A DNA stretch of 64,000 bases from Mustelus asterias (Eukaryota): positions 61,318,001-61,382,000 of the forward strand of contig NC_135813.1 in NCBI RefSeq assembly GCF_964213995.1, given 5' to 3'. Position 1 is the stretch's first letter. The number at the start of each line of letters is the position of its first letter. Under the pieces are notes generated by a model. That model did not search any database and was not told where the DNA came from. It saw only the letters and a program-made list of their open reading frames with translations. The position numbers and the translations under genes were made by a program. Of the stretch, positions 25,381 to 38,369 are shown one piece after another.

Positions 25381-28300
25381 GTGACGTGGGAAGGATTTTT
25401 GTAGTTTTTTTATATAAAAGCTACTTACCTGGGGGGAGGGCTCTCATTGTTCAACCGGAGCAAGAGAGAGAGGAGTGTTTGGTGGCTACAGTTAATAGGG
25501 TAAGAGAGCGACTTTAAATCCTTATTTGTTTCGCGGGGTTTTAGATAGTTAAGAGTTTAAGTGGGAACCGGAAGTAGGAAGGGAGCGGGGTGACGTGGGA
25601 AGGATTTTTGTAGTTTTTTTAGCGCGCGAGGTATAAAAAACAGGCCGCTCTAATCAGCAGGCAGCGTTGAGAGCGGGCAGCGGAGTGAGCTGGGAGTTGA
25701 GTGAGAGCTGTGAGGGCGTTGGCTCGAAGGGCTTAGGCGGAAAGGGTAGGCGGGGTAACTTAAACTCTTAAGTAGTTTCTCTGTGTTCCTTGAAACTAAA
25801 AGGGAAATTATGAGTGTGAGGCCAGTCTGTTGTTCCCAATGTAGGATGTGGGAGGTCCTGGTCGCTCGTGGCCTCCCAGACGTCCATATCTGTGATGGAT
25901 GTGTCCAGCTGCGGTTCCTAAGGGACCCTGTTAGAGAACTGGAAGTGCAACTCGAGGATCTTCGTCTGGTTAGGGAAAATGAGGAGGTTATAGACAGGAA
26001 CTATCATCAGGTGGTCACACCAGGGCCACGGGAGGCAGGCAAGTGGGTAACGGCCAGGAGGAGGAAAGCTCGGGTGATAGAGAGCACCCGATGGATGTGC
26101 CCCTTCACAATAAGTACTCCTGTCTGAGTACTGCTGGGGAGGGGGGGGGGGGACAGCCCACCTGGGGGAAGCGGCAGTGGCTATGTCTCTGGAGCAGAGT
26201 CCGGCCCTGTAACTGAGAGGGCTAAAGAAAGGAGGAGGAAGGCAGTATTAATCGGGGACTCAACAGTAAGGGGGTTGGACAGGCGTTTTTGCGGAGGCAG
26301 ACGGGAGTCTCGGATGGTGGTCTGCCTCCCTGGTGCCGTGATCCAGGATGTCTCTGGTCGCGTCCCAGAAATCCAGAGGGGGGAGGGAGAGGAGCCAGAG
26401 GTTGTGGTACATATTGGTACCGCTGACATAGGTAGGAAGAGGGAGGGGGTTATGAAAAGATAATATAGGGAGTTAGGTAGACAGTTGAGAAGGAGGAATG
26501 CAAAGGTAGTAATCTCAGGATTACTGCCTGTGCCACGGGAAAGTGAGAGCAGGAATGGAGAGAGGTGGAGGATGAATGCGTGGCTGAGGGAATGGAGCAG
26601 GGGGCAGGGATTTGGGTTCCTGGATCATTGAGACCTCTTTAGGGGCAGGTGTGACCTGTATAAAAAAGACGGCTGGCACTTGAATCCCAGGGGGACCAAT
26701 TTCCTGGCAGGAAGGTTGGCTAAGGCTACTGGAGAGACTTTAAACTAGAAAGGTTGGGGGGAGGGAATCGAGATGAGGTGACTGGGAGCGAGGAGGGTAG
26801 CCCACAAATCGAGAGGGATTGTAGACAGCGTAAGAGGGAGAATAGACGGGTGATGGAGAAGGGGAGAGCTCAGACCAATGGTTTGAGATGCGTCTATTTT
26901 AATGCCAGGAGTGTAGTAAATAAAGTGGATGAGCTTAGAGTGTGGATCGATGCTTGGAAGTCTGATGTGGTGGCCATTACGGAGACTTGGGGTCAGGGAC
27001 AGGACTGGATACTTCAGGTGTCGGGTTTGAGATGTTTCAGAAAGGACAGAGAGGGAGGTAGAAGAGTGGGGGAGTGGCACTGCTGATCAGGGATAGTGTC
27101 ACAGCTGTAGAGAAGGTGGACGCCGTGGAGGGGTTGTCTACGGAGTCTCTGTGGGTGGAAGATCGGAATGGGAAGGGGTTGATAACTTTGCTGGGTGTTT
27201 TCTATAGGCCGCCCAATAGCACCAGGGCTGTTGAAGAGCAGATAGGGAAACAGATCCTGGAGAGATGTAGTAATAACAGGGTTATCGTGATGGGAGACTT
27301 TAATTTCCCAAACATCGATTGGAATATCCCTCGGGTAAGGGGTTTGGATGAGGAGGAGTTTGTGAGGTGTGTTCAGGAGGGTTTGCTGACACAGCATGTG
27401 GATAAACCTACAAGAGGAGAGGCTGTACTCGATCTGGTACTGGCTAGTGAGCCTGGACAGGTGTTGGATCTCTCAGTGGGGGAGCATCTTGGGGATAGTG
27501 ATCATAACTCTATCTCCTTTACACTAACATTGGAAAGAGATAGGATCAGGCAAGCTAGGAAAGTGTTTATCTGGAGTAAGGGGAAATATGAAGCCATCAG
27601 GCAGGAGATTAGAGGCGTAAATTGGAAGGCGGTATTCTTGAGGGAACGTACCGAAGTAAGGTGGCAGATTTTCAAGGATTGTTTGTCTGGAGTTCTACAT
27701 GACAACGTTCCGATGAGACAGGGAGGTTTTGGTAGGTTATGAGAACCATGGTGCACGAAAGCTGTGCTGAACCTAGTCAAAAGGTAAAGGAAAGCGTACA
27801 ATAGGTTAAGAGAGCTAGGCGATGATGGGGATCTAGATGAGTATACGGCTTGTAGGAAGGGACTTAAGAAGGAAATTAGGAGAGCCAGAAGGGGTCACGA
27901 GAAGGCTTTGGCAGGTAAGATTAAGGAGAACCCTAAGGCATTCTATAAATATGTGAAGAGTAAAAGGATGAGATGGGAAGGAATAGGAATTATAAAATGT
28001 GAAGGTGAGAAAGTCTGTATGGAGCCGGAAAAAATAGCAGAGGTGCTTAATGAATACTTTACCTCAGTATTTACGGTGGAAAAAGACCTGGGTAGTTGTA
28101 CTACAGGATTGCAGCGGACTGAGTAGATTGAGTTTGTCGACATTAAGAAAGAGGATGTGTTGGAAATTTTGAATAGCATCAAGATAGATAAGTCGCCGGG
28201 ACCGGATGGGATGTACCCCAGGATACTGTGGGAGGTGAGGGAAGAGATTGCAGAGCCTCTGGTGATGATCTTTGCATCGTCGATGGAGCCAGGAGAGGTT

Positions 28301-29750
28301 CCGGAGGATTGGAGGATTGCGGATGTGGTTCCTATATTCAAGAAAGGGAATAGGGATAGCCCAGAAAATTACCGACCAGTGAGTCTAACCACAGTGGTTG
28401 GAAAAGATCCTGAGGGACAGGATTTATGAACATTTAGAGAAGTTTAGTATGCTCAAAAGTAGTCAGCACGGCTTTGTCAAAGGCAAATCATGCCTTAAAA
28501 GCCTGGTGGAGTTCTTTGAAAATGTGACTAAACACGTTGACGAAGGAAAAGCGGTAGATGTGGTTTACATGGACTTCAGCAAGGTGTTCAATAAGGTCCC
28601 CCATGCAAGACTTCTCAAGAAAGTGAGAGGGCACGAGATCCAAGGGACTGTTGCCTTGTGGATCCAGAACTGGCTTGCCTGCAGAAGGCACAGAGCGGTT
28701 GTAGATGGGTCTTTTTCTGAATGGAGGTCAGTCACCAGTGGAGTGCCCCAGGGATCTGCTCTGGGACCCTTGCTGTTTGTCATTTTCATAAATGACCTGG
28801 ATGAGGAAGTGGAGGGATAGGTTGGTAAGTTTGCCGACGACACAAAGGTTGGTGGTGTTGTGGATAGTTTGGAGGGATGTCAGAAGCTGCAGCGTGACAT
28901 AGATAGGATGCAAGACTGGGTGGAGAAGTGGCAGATGGACTTCAACCTGGATAAATGTGTAGTGGTACATTTTGGCAGGTCAAATGGGCTGAAGGAGTAT
29001 AATATTAAGGGTAAGACTCTTAGCAGAGTAGAGGATCAGAAGGACCTTGGGGTCCGGGTCCATAGGACTATTAAATTGACCTCGCAGGTAGAGGAGGTGG
29101 TTAAGAAGGCGTATGGTGTGCTGGCCTTCATCAATCGAGGGATTGAGTTTAGGAGTCGGGAGATAATGATGCAGCTTTACAAGACCCTCGTCAGACCACA
29201 CTTAGAGTACTGTGCTCAGTTCTGGTCGCCTCATTACAGGAAGGATGTAAACATTATTGAAAGGGTGCAGAGAAGCTTTACAAGGATGTTGCCTGGATTG
29301 GGTGGCATGCCTTATGAGGATAGGTTGAGGGAGCTTGGTCTTTTCTCCTTGGAGAGACGAAGGATGAGAGGTGACCTGATAGAGGTGTACAAGATGTTAA
29401 GAGGTATAGATCAGGTGGATTCTCAGAGGCTTTTTCCCAGGGCTGAAATGGCGGCTACGAGAGGACACAGGCTTAAGGTGCTGGGGAGTAGGTACAGAGG
29501 AGATGTCAGGGGTAAGTTTTTCACTCAGAGGGTGGTGGGTGAGTGGAATCGGCTGCCATCAATGGTGGTGGAGGCAAACTCGATAGGGTCTTTTAAGAGA
29601 CTTCTGGATGAGTACATGGGACTTAATAGGATTGAGGGTTATAGGTAAGCCTATATATAGGCCTAGGTAGGTAGGGACATGACCGGCGCAACTTGTGGGC
29701 CGAAGGGCCTGTTTGTGCTGTGGTTTTTCTATGTTCTATGTTCTATGTTC
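25381..29750 (+). mobile_element. Apparently full-length CR1 LINE with 5'UTR, ORF1 (esterase) and ORF2 (EN-RT); inactivated
   Basis: ORF1 MSVRPVCCSQCRMWE and an IGDS motif. ORF2 FNARS, YRPP, MGDFN, SDHN, KSPGPDG, GVPQGS, FADD. (ATGTTCT)n tail ~29730-29750. Several in-frame stops. Confidence 0.95.
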
Positions 29751-29974
29751 TACTTGGGAGACTCTTTCGTGGCCCTAAGCTGACGTGCTGGCCTTTCCTT
29801 GGAATAAGAAAGTTTGTTACTTCAAGCCAGTGTCTGTCATGTGACCATAGAATTAATGCTTCCATTGTTCACACAAACGATCCGATGACATAGGGAATGA
29901 ATCATGATCGTTGTGATAAAAATTGTTTCTCCATCCTCTCCTTGTTAGATTTCAAGTTTGCAGGACTCGCCACA

Positions 29975-30580
29975 CAAACCCAGTGACAACAAGAGCAGGT
30001 CAGAGGCTAGGACTACTGCGGCAAGTAACTGAACTCCTGACTCCCCAAAGCCTGTCCACCATCTACAAGGCACAAGTCAAGAGTGTGATGGAATACTCCC
30101 CACTTGCCTGGGTGAGTGCAGCTCCAACAACACACAAGAAGTTTCACATCACCCAGGACAAAGCAGCCCGCTTGATTGGCACCAAATCCATAAACATCCA
30201 CTTCCCCCACTACTGACGCTCAGTAGCAGAAGTGTATCCTCTCTTCAAGATGCACTGCAACAATTCACCAATTATCTTTAGACAACACCTTTCAAACCAC
30301 GAAAGCATCCGTCTAGAAGGACATGGGCAGCAAATACATGGGAATACCACCACCTGCAAGTTCCCCTCCAAGCCACTCACCATCCTGATCTGGAACGATA
30401 TCGCCGTTCCTTCGCAGTTGCTCGGTCAAAATCCCTCCATAACGGCATTGTAGATCAACCTACAGCACGTGGACTGCAGCTTTTCAAGAAGGTAGTTCAC
30501 CACCTTCTCAAGGGCAACTAGGGAAGGGCAATAACTGCTGGCTAGCCAGCGACACCCATGTGCCAAGAATGAATTTTTAA
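29975..30580 (+). mobile_element. L2/Crack-like LINE 3' fragment
   Basis: RAGQRLGLLRQVTELLTPQSLSTIYKAQVKSVMEYSPLAWVSAAPTT; tail agggcaactagggaagggcaata. Confidence 0.85.
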
Positions 30581-30894
30581 AAGGCACCGAGTCTGAGGTG
30601 AAGATTTTATTTGAGTTTCCGTAAATGTCCAGACAACACGGGCAGCAAGTGGTCACATCTTTTCGAGAGATAGTCTTCCACTGGGCCATTTATATTTTAA
30701 TAACATTCCAGAAACATGTTGCTGCTGGTCCAAAAATCCCAAGAAGTCAGCTCATTCCCGCGACTCAATTTTGGGGCAAGGAAATTATTTCATATTCCAT
30801 ACAAATTTTTCCTTTTAAAGTAGCAAAATATGTATCGTCTTCAGACGTTCACAGACATATGACCCAAGCATGACAGTGCGTAGCGGTGAAGAAT

Positions 30895-31278
30895 TTCTTT
30901 TCTTTATTCATTCGTGGGACTTGGGTGTCGCTGGCTGGACCAGCATTTATTGCCCACCCTTAATTGCCCTTGGAAATGAGTGGCTTGCCAGGCCATTTCA
31001 GAGAGCAGTTGAGAGACAACCACATTGCTGTGGGTCTGGAGCCACATGTAGGACAGACCGGGTAAGGATGGCAGATTTCCTTCCCGAAAGGACCAGATGG
31101 GTTTTTCCCGACAATCGACAATGGTTTCACGGTCATCAATAGATTCTTAACTCCAGATACTTTTTATTGAATTCAAATTCCACCACCTGCCGTGGCGGGA
31201 TTTGAACCCGGGTCCCCCAAACATTAGCTGACTTTCTGGATTAATAGTCTAGCGATAATACCAATTGGCCATCGCCTT
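30895..31278 (-). mobile_element. tRNA-derived SINE with L2-like tail
   Basis: Reverse complement of the 46020-46388 element over its full length. Confidence 0.85.
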
Positions 31279-31904
31279 CTATTATGCAGTAACTCATCAC
31301 TGAAACGGATGGAATTATTAGAAGCACCCACATCAATTCACAATACTCTGTTAGGGCATCCTGTAAATTGACAGGAACTTTGATATCAAATTTGTTTGAC
31401 AAAACATTTAGCGTCAATGTTCCTCGCGAAGATTTGCCCTGTTATCTAGTGGAAAATGCAATCACATCTGCTGGTAGTCTGAACAGTATAGAGCAGTGCT
31501 AAAACTAACAAATTAACAGGTTCGCATGATAAAAGGCCCTGATTAGCACGCAGCCTATAATAAGGAAGCAATTATAGAGATGACAACGTCATATTAAACC
31601 TGTTTAAAAAGGTTAGAACTTCCTTTGTAAGATAATCATGAACAACATACAGGAAAAGTGACAATGGCCTACTATTATGTATTATATGTGATGTTATGTA
31701 ATGCATGCTTTAGACGATATGTTTAGGATGAAGGCCAAACGTAAGCAGGGAGTGTTAATTAAATGCAATGTAGAATGTGTCAACGTGTTAGGGGAAAAAT
31801 AATACCTAACAGGCATACAAATGTAATTTGAGAAGCACTGATATGTTTAACCGCAGTGTTTTCCAATCATTTACTTAAAATATATGTTTTTCACGTTCCT
31901 TTGT

Positions 31905-33335
31905 ACATCAGCGAAATGTGCTCCAACATTGCCATCTACCGATGCACTGGTAGATGATACATGATATGACCATCTTCTTCGGGTTGATAGATGAAAACCA
32001 AGTTATCTGTTGCTGAATAAAATTACCCATGCATAAACAACTGAACTTGTGAACGACTGGGCACTCAAGGCAACAGTCTATCTGATGAGTTGCTAAAGCA
32101 TAATTGCACAATTTATATAATACTTGTCAATGTAAAAATGTACTTCTTTAATGTACAGGCGCGTTACCATTGATCAATACATATATGCCAGATAAATCAC
32201 TGCTTCCGGGATATATTCATTAAATGAAACATTGGGCACAGAAGCTAGACTAACAGCGTTGACATGATATCAAGATCATCAGAGAAGTATATTGGGAGTT
32301 TTTACCTGGGCTTCCACCAGTGCACCCAACGTGTGCGACGGTGCAGTGGGCATGTATAGAATGGATGGGGAGCAGTGTTCCAATTAGTTATAGGGTCAGT
32401 CACGAGGAGTCGTAGGTTCAAGGTGACGGGCAGGAGGTTTAGGGGGATTATCCAGAGGGTGGTGACGGTCTGGAGTGCGATGCCTGGGAGGGTGGTAAAG
32501 GCTGGTTCCCTCACAACCTTTAAACATTCAAGGCTATGGGTCAACCCAAGTTCTTCGATGGTATATTGAAGCAGGGCAACCAATGAGGAGTCAGTTTCAA
32601 CGGACTGTTAAAACGGCTCAGCAGTCGCTATTGTCCGTTTTGCGCTATAATCCCAAACCAATTTCACACTCGCATGAGTGTTTCGTCTGCCATCCTCCAA
32701 GGTAACCGCTGTAGAATGGGAGGAGCTCGAGGGATTTCCTAGTGCACACGAATTTTCTGGGACTGATGATTGCAGAGGCGTTAGCTTGAATCCAGTGCAA
32801 GCAGCGTACGATGCAAAAGTGCATGGGAAATAGTGGGTCTAACAAAGGCAGTTACAATTATATATCCAGCACGTACTGGAGGATAACCAATTAATGAGAA
32901 AGCAGTGCTTGATTTTCGAGCGACTTCCTAGCAGGTCATATAGAATTATGACGACAGGCGTTGCATCTGCAACAAATAGCGAGACAGGACAGTAGATGTG
33001 TACATCCAGGAACAAGAAAAACACAGAATTTCAAAATGGGGCCCTCCCACAACTACCTGAGGAAAAGAGAATCAAGGTGGCAGAGACGTGTGAATGTATT
33101 CGCCCGAAAAACTATGAAGAACAACAATTCCAGTCAGCCTGATAGAGATGCCAGTTGCCAGCTGACTGAAAATGGCACTGCCGCTCTGTACCTTCATGGT
33201 CCTACAGCAGAAAGCAAGGATCAATGGGACAGATGACATAACATCTGCTATTGGATATATACTGGAATCCATACGTGAGGAAGTAATCGCATAAAATTTA
33301 GAAAATTTAAATAATATTAAGTGGAGTTACCATTC
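31905..33335 (-). pseudogene. Degraded PAR1/F2R-like GPCR coding exon, copy B, interrupted by an insertion at ~32347-32750
   Basis: SSIYPIADVMSSVPLILAFCCRTMKVQSGSAIFSQLATG aligns to recalled human PAR1 TM1-TM2 (PSVYTGVFVVSLPLNIMAIVVFILKMKVKKPAVVYMLHLATAD). Then ADW (ECL1), FRANTFT (TM3), SCLAIC (TM4), and YKLCNYALATHQIDCCLECPVV (TM7, cf. YLLCVCVSSISCCIDPLI). Acceptor-like tttccctttcataaag at 33351-33336. Many frameshifts and stops. Confidence 0.7.
32347..32544 (+). repeat. Inverted local copy of the CR1 3' fragment at 33458-33656
   Basis: ~198 bp, roughly 90% identical, with the same internal deletions relative to the CR1 copy at ~54070-54310. Confidence 0.85.
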
Positions 33336-33361
33336 CTTTATGAAAGGGAAATCGAACCCAC

Positions 33362-33830
33362 AGAATCATACAGTGCAGAAGAGGCCATTCGGTCCATCGA
33401 GTCTACACCGGCACGCGAGAAACACCTTACCTTCCACCGAATCCCATTTACCAGCACTTGACCCATAGCCCTGAATGTTTAAAAGTTGTGAGGCAACCAG
33501 CCTTTACCACACTCCCAGGCAGCGCATTCCAGACCGTCACCACCCTCTGGGTAATCCCCCTAAACCTCCTGCCCCTCACCTTAAACCTACCTCTCCTCGT
33601 GACTGACCCTTCAACTAATTTGAACAGCTGCTCCCCATCCAGTCTATACATGCCCATCATAATCCTGTACCCTTTGGTCAATTCGCCCCTCAGTCTTCTT
33701 TGCCCCAACGAAAACAATCCAAGCCTAACCAATCTCTTTTTATAACTTAAATATTCCATCTCAGACAGGACAATCACGCCAAAATCCCTTTGTTCCACAG
33801 AACCTCCAAGTGTCATGGTCCCAATGGTCC
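33362..33830 (-). mobile_element. CR1 LINE 3' fragment
   Basis: LSYKKRLVRLGLFSLGQRRLRG...TQRVVTVWNALPG; tail at 33362-33410. Confidence 0.85.
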
Positions 33831-33994
33831 CAATATGGTTCCCTTTTGAAACCCAATTGTGACATGAAGCGTTATTTACATTAAGTGCTATTTTGTGCCT
33901 ATCAACACCAACTTGGTGTTCGCATTTATGCAAGCGGATGTTTTTGGAAATTAAGATATACAATCATCCACAAACCTCATGGCTGTCACAGATG

Positions 33995-34090
33995 CTGGAT
34001 GGCTGGCTGGCTGGATGGCTGGCGGGAAAGACCCACCTACGTGCCTACGTACCTACCTGCCTGCCTGCGTGCCTACCTACCTACCTACGG
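33995..34090 (+). repeat. Compound (GGCT/GGAT)n and (ACCT/GCCT)n microsatellite
   Basis: Directly visible tetranucleotide runs. Confidence 0.85.
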
Positions 34091-34759
34091 ACACATACTG
34101 GAGTTGAATCAAAGATGTACAAATACATTCGGAAGTTCTTCCCCGATCCTGAACTGCGATGTGAATGAAATGTCAAAAGCACCCCAGAAACAGGCTTCGG
34201 AAAACTTGATGTGTTGCATGTCGTAAGGAAGACGTTGGACGAGGAAGTTGAGATCAAGAGTTGTCAGAGGGGCATTCTGAAGCAAGATATGATAGCCTGC
34301 CACAAAAGACAATATTGGGGAACTGTCCAAATGCTTCATCAAAGCAGAGGGGTTGAAGGAGCTTCTGAAAGAAGGAAAGGTAGGTAGAGAGGGGAAGATA
34401 CTTAGCGAGGAATCTCCTACGTTTCCGGCCTCGGCAACTGAAGGCAAAGCGAACAGGGCTGCAATTGTGACAATCGGGCATGTTCAGCAGGTCAGAATTA
34501 TATTTGATATCTTGGAGAAACGTGGGAATGTCAGAAGAAGTTCATTAACGTACCAGTGGAAACACGATAAAAGATCGGTCCCCGGGCGCCAGAACACTCT
34601 GCCAACTTGAAGCAGCTCTTAGTCAATTCAAATTCATAATGTCAAGGGACATTCTTAGGCAGAAAGTGTGGGTGGCATTATGGTTGGCCCACTTCAAGGA
34701 TTACTAATACACGTGATGCCGTAAACAGCTCTCCCCGCACTGTGTTGAGACACCTAGGA

Positions 34760-35660
34760 AAGGAACAGGGGTATCCAAGGAGAGGGTTGGCCCACTCAAG
34801 GACAAGGGAGAGAATCTATGCGTGGAGCCAGAGGAAATGGGCGAGGTATTAGATGAGTACTTTGCGTCAGTATTCACCAAAGAGAAGGACTTAGTGGCTG
34901 ATGAGTCTGGGAAAGGGTGTGTAGATAGTTTGAGTCATGTTGAGACCAATAAGGAGGAGGTAATGGGGTTCTTGAGAAACATTAAGATAGACAAGCCCCC
35001 AAGGCCTGATGGGATATACCCCAGAATACTGAGAGAGACAAAGAAGGAAATTGCTGGGGCCTTGAGAGAAATCATTGTATCCTCACTGGCTACAGGGGAG
35101 GTCCCAGAGAATTGGAGAATAACAAATGTTGTTCCTTTGTTTAAGAAGGGTAGTAAGAATAATCCAGGTAATTCCAGGCCGGTGAGCCTTATGTCAGTGG
35201 TAGGGAAATTATTGGAGAGGAATCTTCGAGACATGATTTATTCCCACTTGGAAATAAGTGGACGTATTAGTGAGAGACAACATGGTTTTGTGAAGGGGAG
35301 TCATGTCTCACGACCTTGACCGAGTTTTTCAAGGAAGTGATGAAGATGATTGATGAGGGTAGGGCCGTGGATGTTGTCTACATGGACTTCAGTAAGGCAT
35401 TTGACAAGGTCCCTCATGGCAGACTGGTGCAGAAAGTGAAGTCGCATGGGATCAGAGGTGAGCTGGCAAGGTGCATACAAAACTGGCTCGGTCAAAGACA
35501 CAAGGTACCGGTGGAAGGGTGCGTTTCTGACTGGAGGGCTGTGACAAGTGGCGTTCCTCAGGGATCAGTGCTGTTTGTAATATATACAAATGATTTGGAG
35601 GAAAATGTAACTGGTTTGATTAGTAAGTTTGCGGACGACACAAAGGTTGATGTGTTGATC
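34760..35660 (+). mobile_element. CR1 ORF2 internal fragment, truncated just after FADD
   Basis: [38 protein letters not shown], then an abrupt junction. Confidence 0.9.
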
Positions 35661-35727
35661 ACCAGTGAACGCGTGATCAACACATCAACACTACATACGG
35701 GTAACTCATCAGTTACCCGTATGTAGT
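35646..35727. repeat. Two abutting perfect 17-bp hairpins
   Basis: Arms 35646-35662/35673-35689 (10-nt loop) and 35690-35706/35711-35727 (4-nt loop). Confidence 0.95.
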
Positions 35728-37654
35728 ATTATCTGGAAGGTTGTATCGTATTTAAATGATGGCAGGAGCTTTTACACTGCAATCTGCGCTGAATCTCCCT
35801 ATCCCTTTGATAATTGCATGAATCAGTATGTTCAGAGGAAATGTCATCATGAGGAACATCATTTTTCTTTATTCATACAGATCAACACAGCGAGATGTTT
35901 CAGTTCATGACGATTAACTAAAGAGGAGAGTTTGCCTTCTGTACTTCATATCAGTTCTCAATCTGTGTTCGTAGGAACAACGAGGGAGATTTCCAGTGAA
36001 AAGCTGAACCTTAAGTGAAGGGATCCGTGGAGAAAACAAAATAAGGTTTGATGATATTTCGCAGAATTTCGGCAAGTATTCGCGATTTAATCCTGTCACG
36101 CGTTCACTGGTCACCAGAATGGCCCGACTCTTGGTCATGATCAGTATTCTGGGTGTGGGCTTTCAAGAAGCGGAGCAATTGCTATTTTGACATCTTTAGA
36201 AATTGAGTGGCCAGGATTAGAGTTTACGAATGCACATTTTGTTAGGCACGATTGGGGAAAATGTTTAACGCCTCTCCCTATCCGCAGAAACGCAATATCT
36301 TCACGCAGACACGCAAGGTTAGTATTCGTGTTGAAATAAGCCATCAGTCTAACTGGTTTAACTGAAATATGGCCTCCAGTTGTGGGAATAATGCTTCATG
36401 GAGAATATCAATTTCATGAAAACGATGCAGTCGAATAGAATTGCACAAGAGGTGACGGTCTTCCATCATGTGAAGAAATAATAAAAGTTGAATAATCAAT
36501 TAAGTAAATAATTTTGGAGACTGGCTCCGTTGGGATTTTCCCGCTCACTGCGGAGCCAGGCAGCTCTCTTTAGGCATCTTCCATGCGGGGTGTCGTGGAG
36601 ACATCGGATTCAAAGTTTCCAAACCCAAAGAATGAGGAACAGGGTACAAAATGCCACTCCCACGGGTAGTCACCAGGATCTGTTTTCCCTCTTCTGTTCT
36701 CTTTATTTTGGCAAATTTATTCACATTTACTATGGTGACTCCATTTTTGTGGTGTCCTCTGTGAGGAACTTTGGGCCTCAGCAGCGCCCGTATTTCACGA
36801 TGGGGCTCCGGTCGTCACTTCCGCCGAAGGGTTATTGACTTGAAATATCAGCTTTGCGTCCCTGCAAAGAGCTGTTGGGTACTTCTGTTCATTTAGGTCA
36901 AGGCTGATCTGTGTCTCAGGTCTGAGTTCCTTCATCTGTTTCGTGCCCCCTGATGGGTCGGAGTCACACTTTGTTTCTCTTTATCATCAAGCAGAGAGAC
37001 CATCACCAACTCAATGAGAAGTGAAGAAGAGCATGTCAGGAGCAGCCCCAGGAATACAAATAGTGATGCAAAGCTGGTGAAGCTTCAACATCGGACTGCA
37101 TACAGGCGGAGAAAGTGGAAGTATGGTTTACATACAGATAAGTAATTCCACAATCAGCTGGCCAGATCAAAGCTCGTCAGTACTGCCACCTCCAGTCGTG
37201 ATAATTTGTGGTGCACAATTCAACAATTGACGAATGAGGGTGCTCCAAAATTATCCTCATCCTCAGTGAGGGGGAAGCACAGATATAATACAAAAGACAA
37301 GATTGATGCACTTGCAACCGTCCTCCGGCAGAAATATTGGTTGGGTAGTCCATCTCGAGCTCTTCTTTAGGACCCTAGGATTCTAGAAGTATGGGTATCC
37401 AGCGCAAAGGTTGATCGTTGCAATTGTAGGAGGCAATTACACAAGTTCCAGGACATTATTGCAGTTGTCCAAATGGTATTGTTCTCTGCCAACCACCTTC
37501 ATCTGTTCCATCAATAAACTTCCCTCCAACATAAAGTCAGAATGCGGGCTGATGACTAATGATTGCATAGTATTCAGTATCATTCGTAACTCCCCAGATA
37601 CTGACGCCACTGATGTGCACATGCAGGAAAATGTGGGTAAGAATTCAGAAGAAT

Positions 37655-38035
37655 GGGGTGGGATCTTATAAGAACGTAAAATTATGTAGAATATACATAA
37701 GATAGAAGCACAGAGGTTGTTTCCATTGATGGGACAAACTAGAACCCGGCGGCAGGGCCTCAAAATAAGGGGGAGCAGATTTAGGTCTGAGTTAAGGAGG
37801 GACTTCTTCACCCAAAAGTTTGTGAATCTGTGGAATTCCCTGCCCACTGAAGCAGTTGAATGTTTTTAAGGCTAAGACAGATTTTTGACCAATAAAGGAA
37901 TTAAGGGCTATGGTGAGCGGACGGGTAAGTGGAGCTCAGTCCACGAAAACATCTGCCATGACCTTATTGAGTGGCAGAGCAGGTTCGAGGGGCGAGATGG
38001 CCTGCTCCTGCTCCTAGTTCTTATGTTCTTATGTA
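37655..38035 (+). mobile_element. CR1 LINE 3' fragment
   Basis: CR1 ORF2 C-terminal region and (GTTCTTAT)n tail. Confidence 0.85.
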
Positions 38036-38369
38036 AGGTTCAGGCTTGGGTTAAGTGGGATACAATGGCCGCGATTCTCCCATCATGACCCGCCACTTTT
38101 CTGGTGGGTCGGAGATATGCGTGTCAGCCATTTTGCAGGTTCCCTGCCAGCTTTTACAACCCGTGCGCATCTCCCAGCTGGAGAAAGATGGTGCCGCCGG
38201 GAACCCGCTGAAAACTGGCATGAGTTTACATACCTTTCCATGGCATTATCGGGATCTACATGGCAATCTCCACCCACGTCTTCATCCTCCACCTCTTTGG
38301 TGTGATGTAGCTTTGGCGCGAATCAGAGTAGGTAAGTCCCAAACTGGCGTGGCAGCCTTGAACTGGCGT

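Noticed and set aside
35690-35727. CTGATGAG in the minus-strand loop of hairpin 2 as a hammerhead
   Set aside because: No GAAA or three-stem architecture follows.
35855-35920. Acceptor-like ttcatacag|ATCAAC on + strand as a second C exon
   Set aside because: Stop codons follow quickly and there is no C1-set motif.
36549-36663. (M)GVAFCTLFLILWVW.. with phase-1 donor as PAR exon 1
   Set aside because: GTG start and an internal stop; the DNA appears to align with non-coding J-C intron at ~18640-18710, so it is probably chance.
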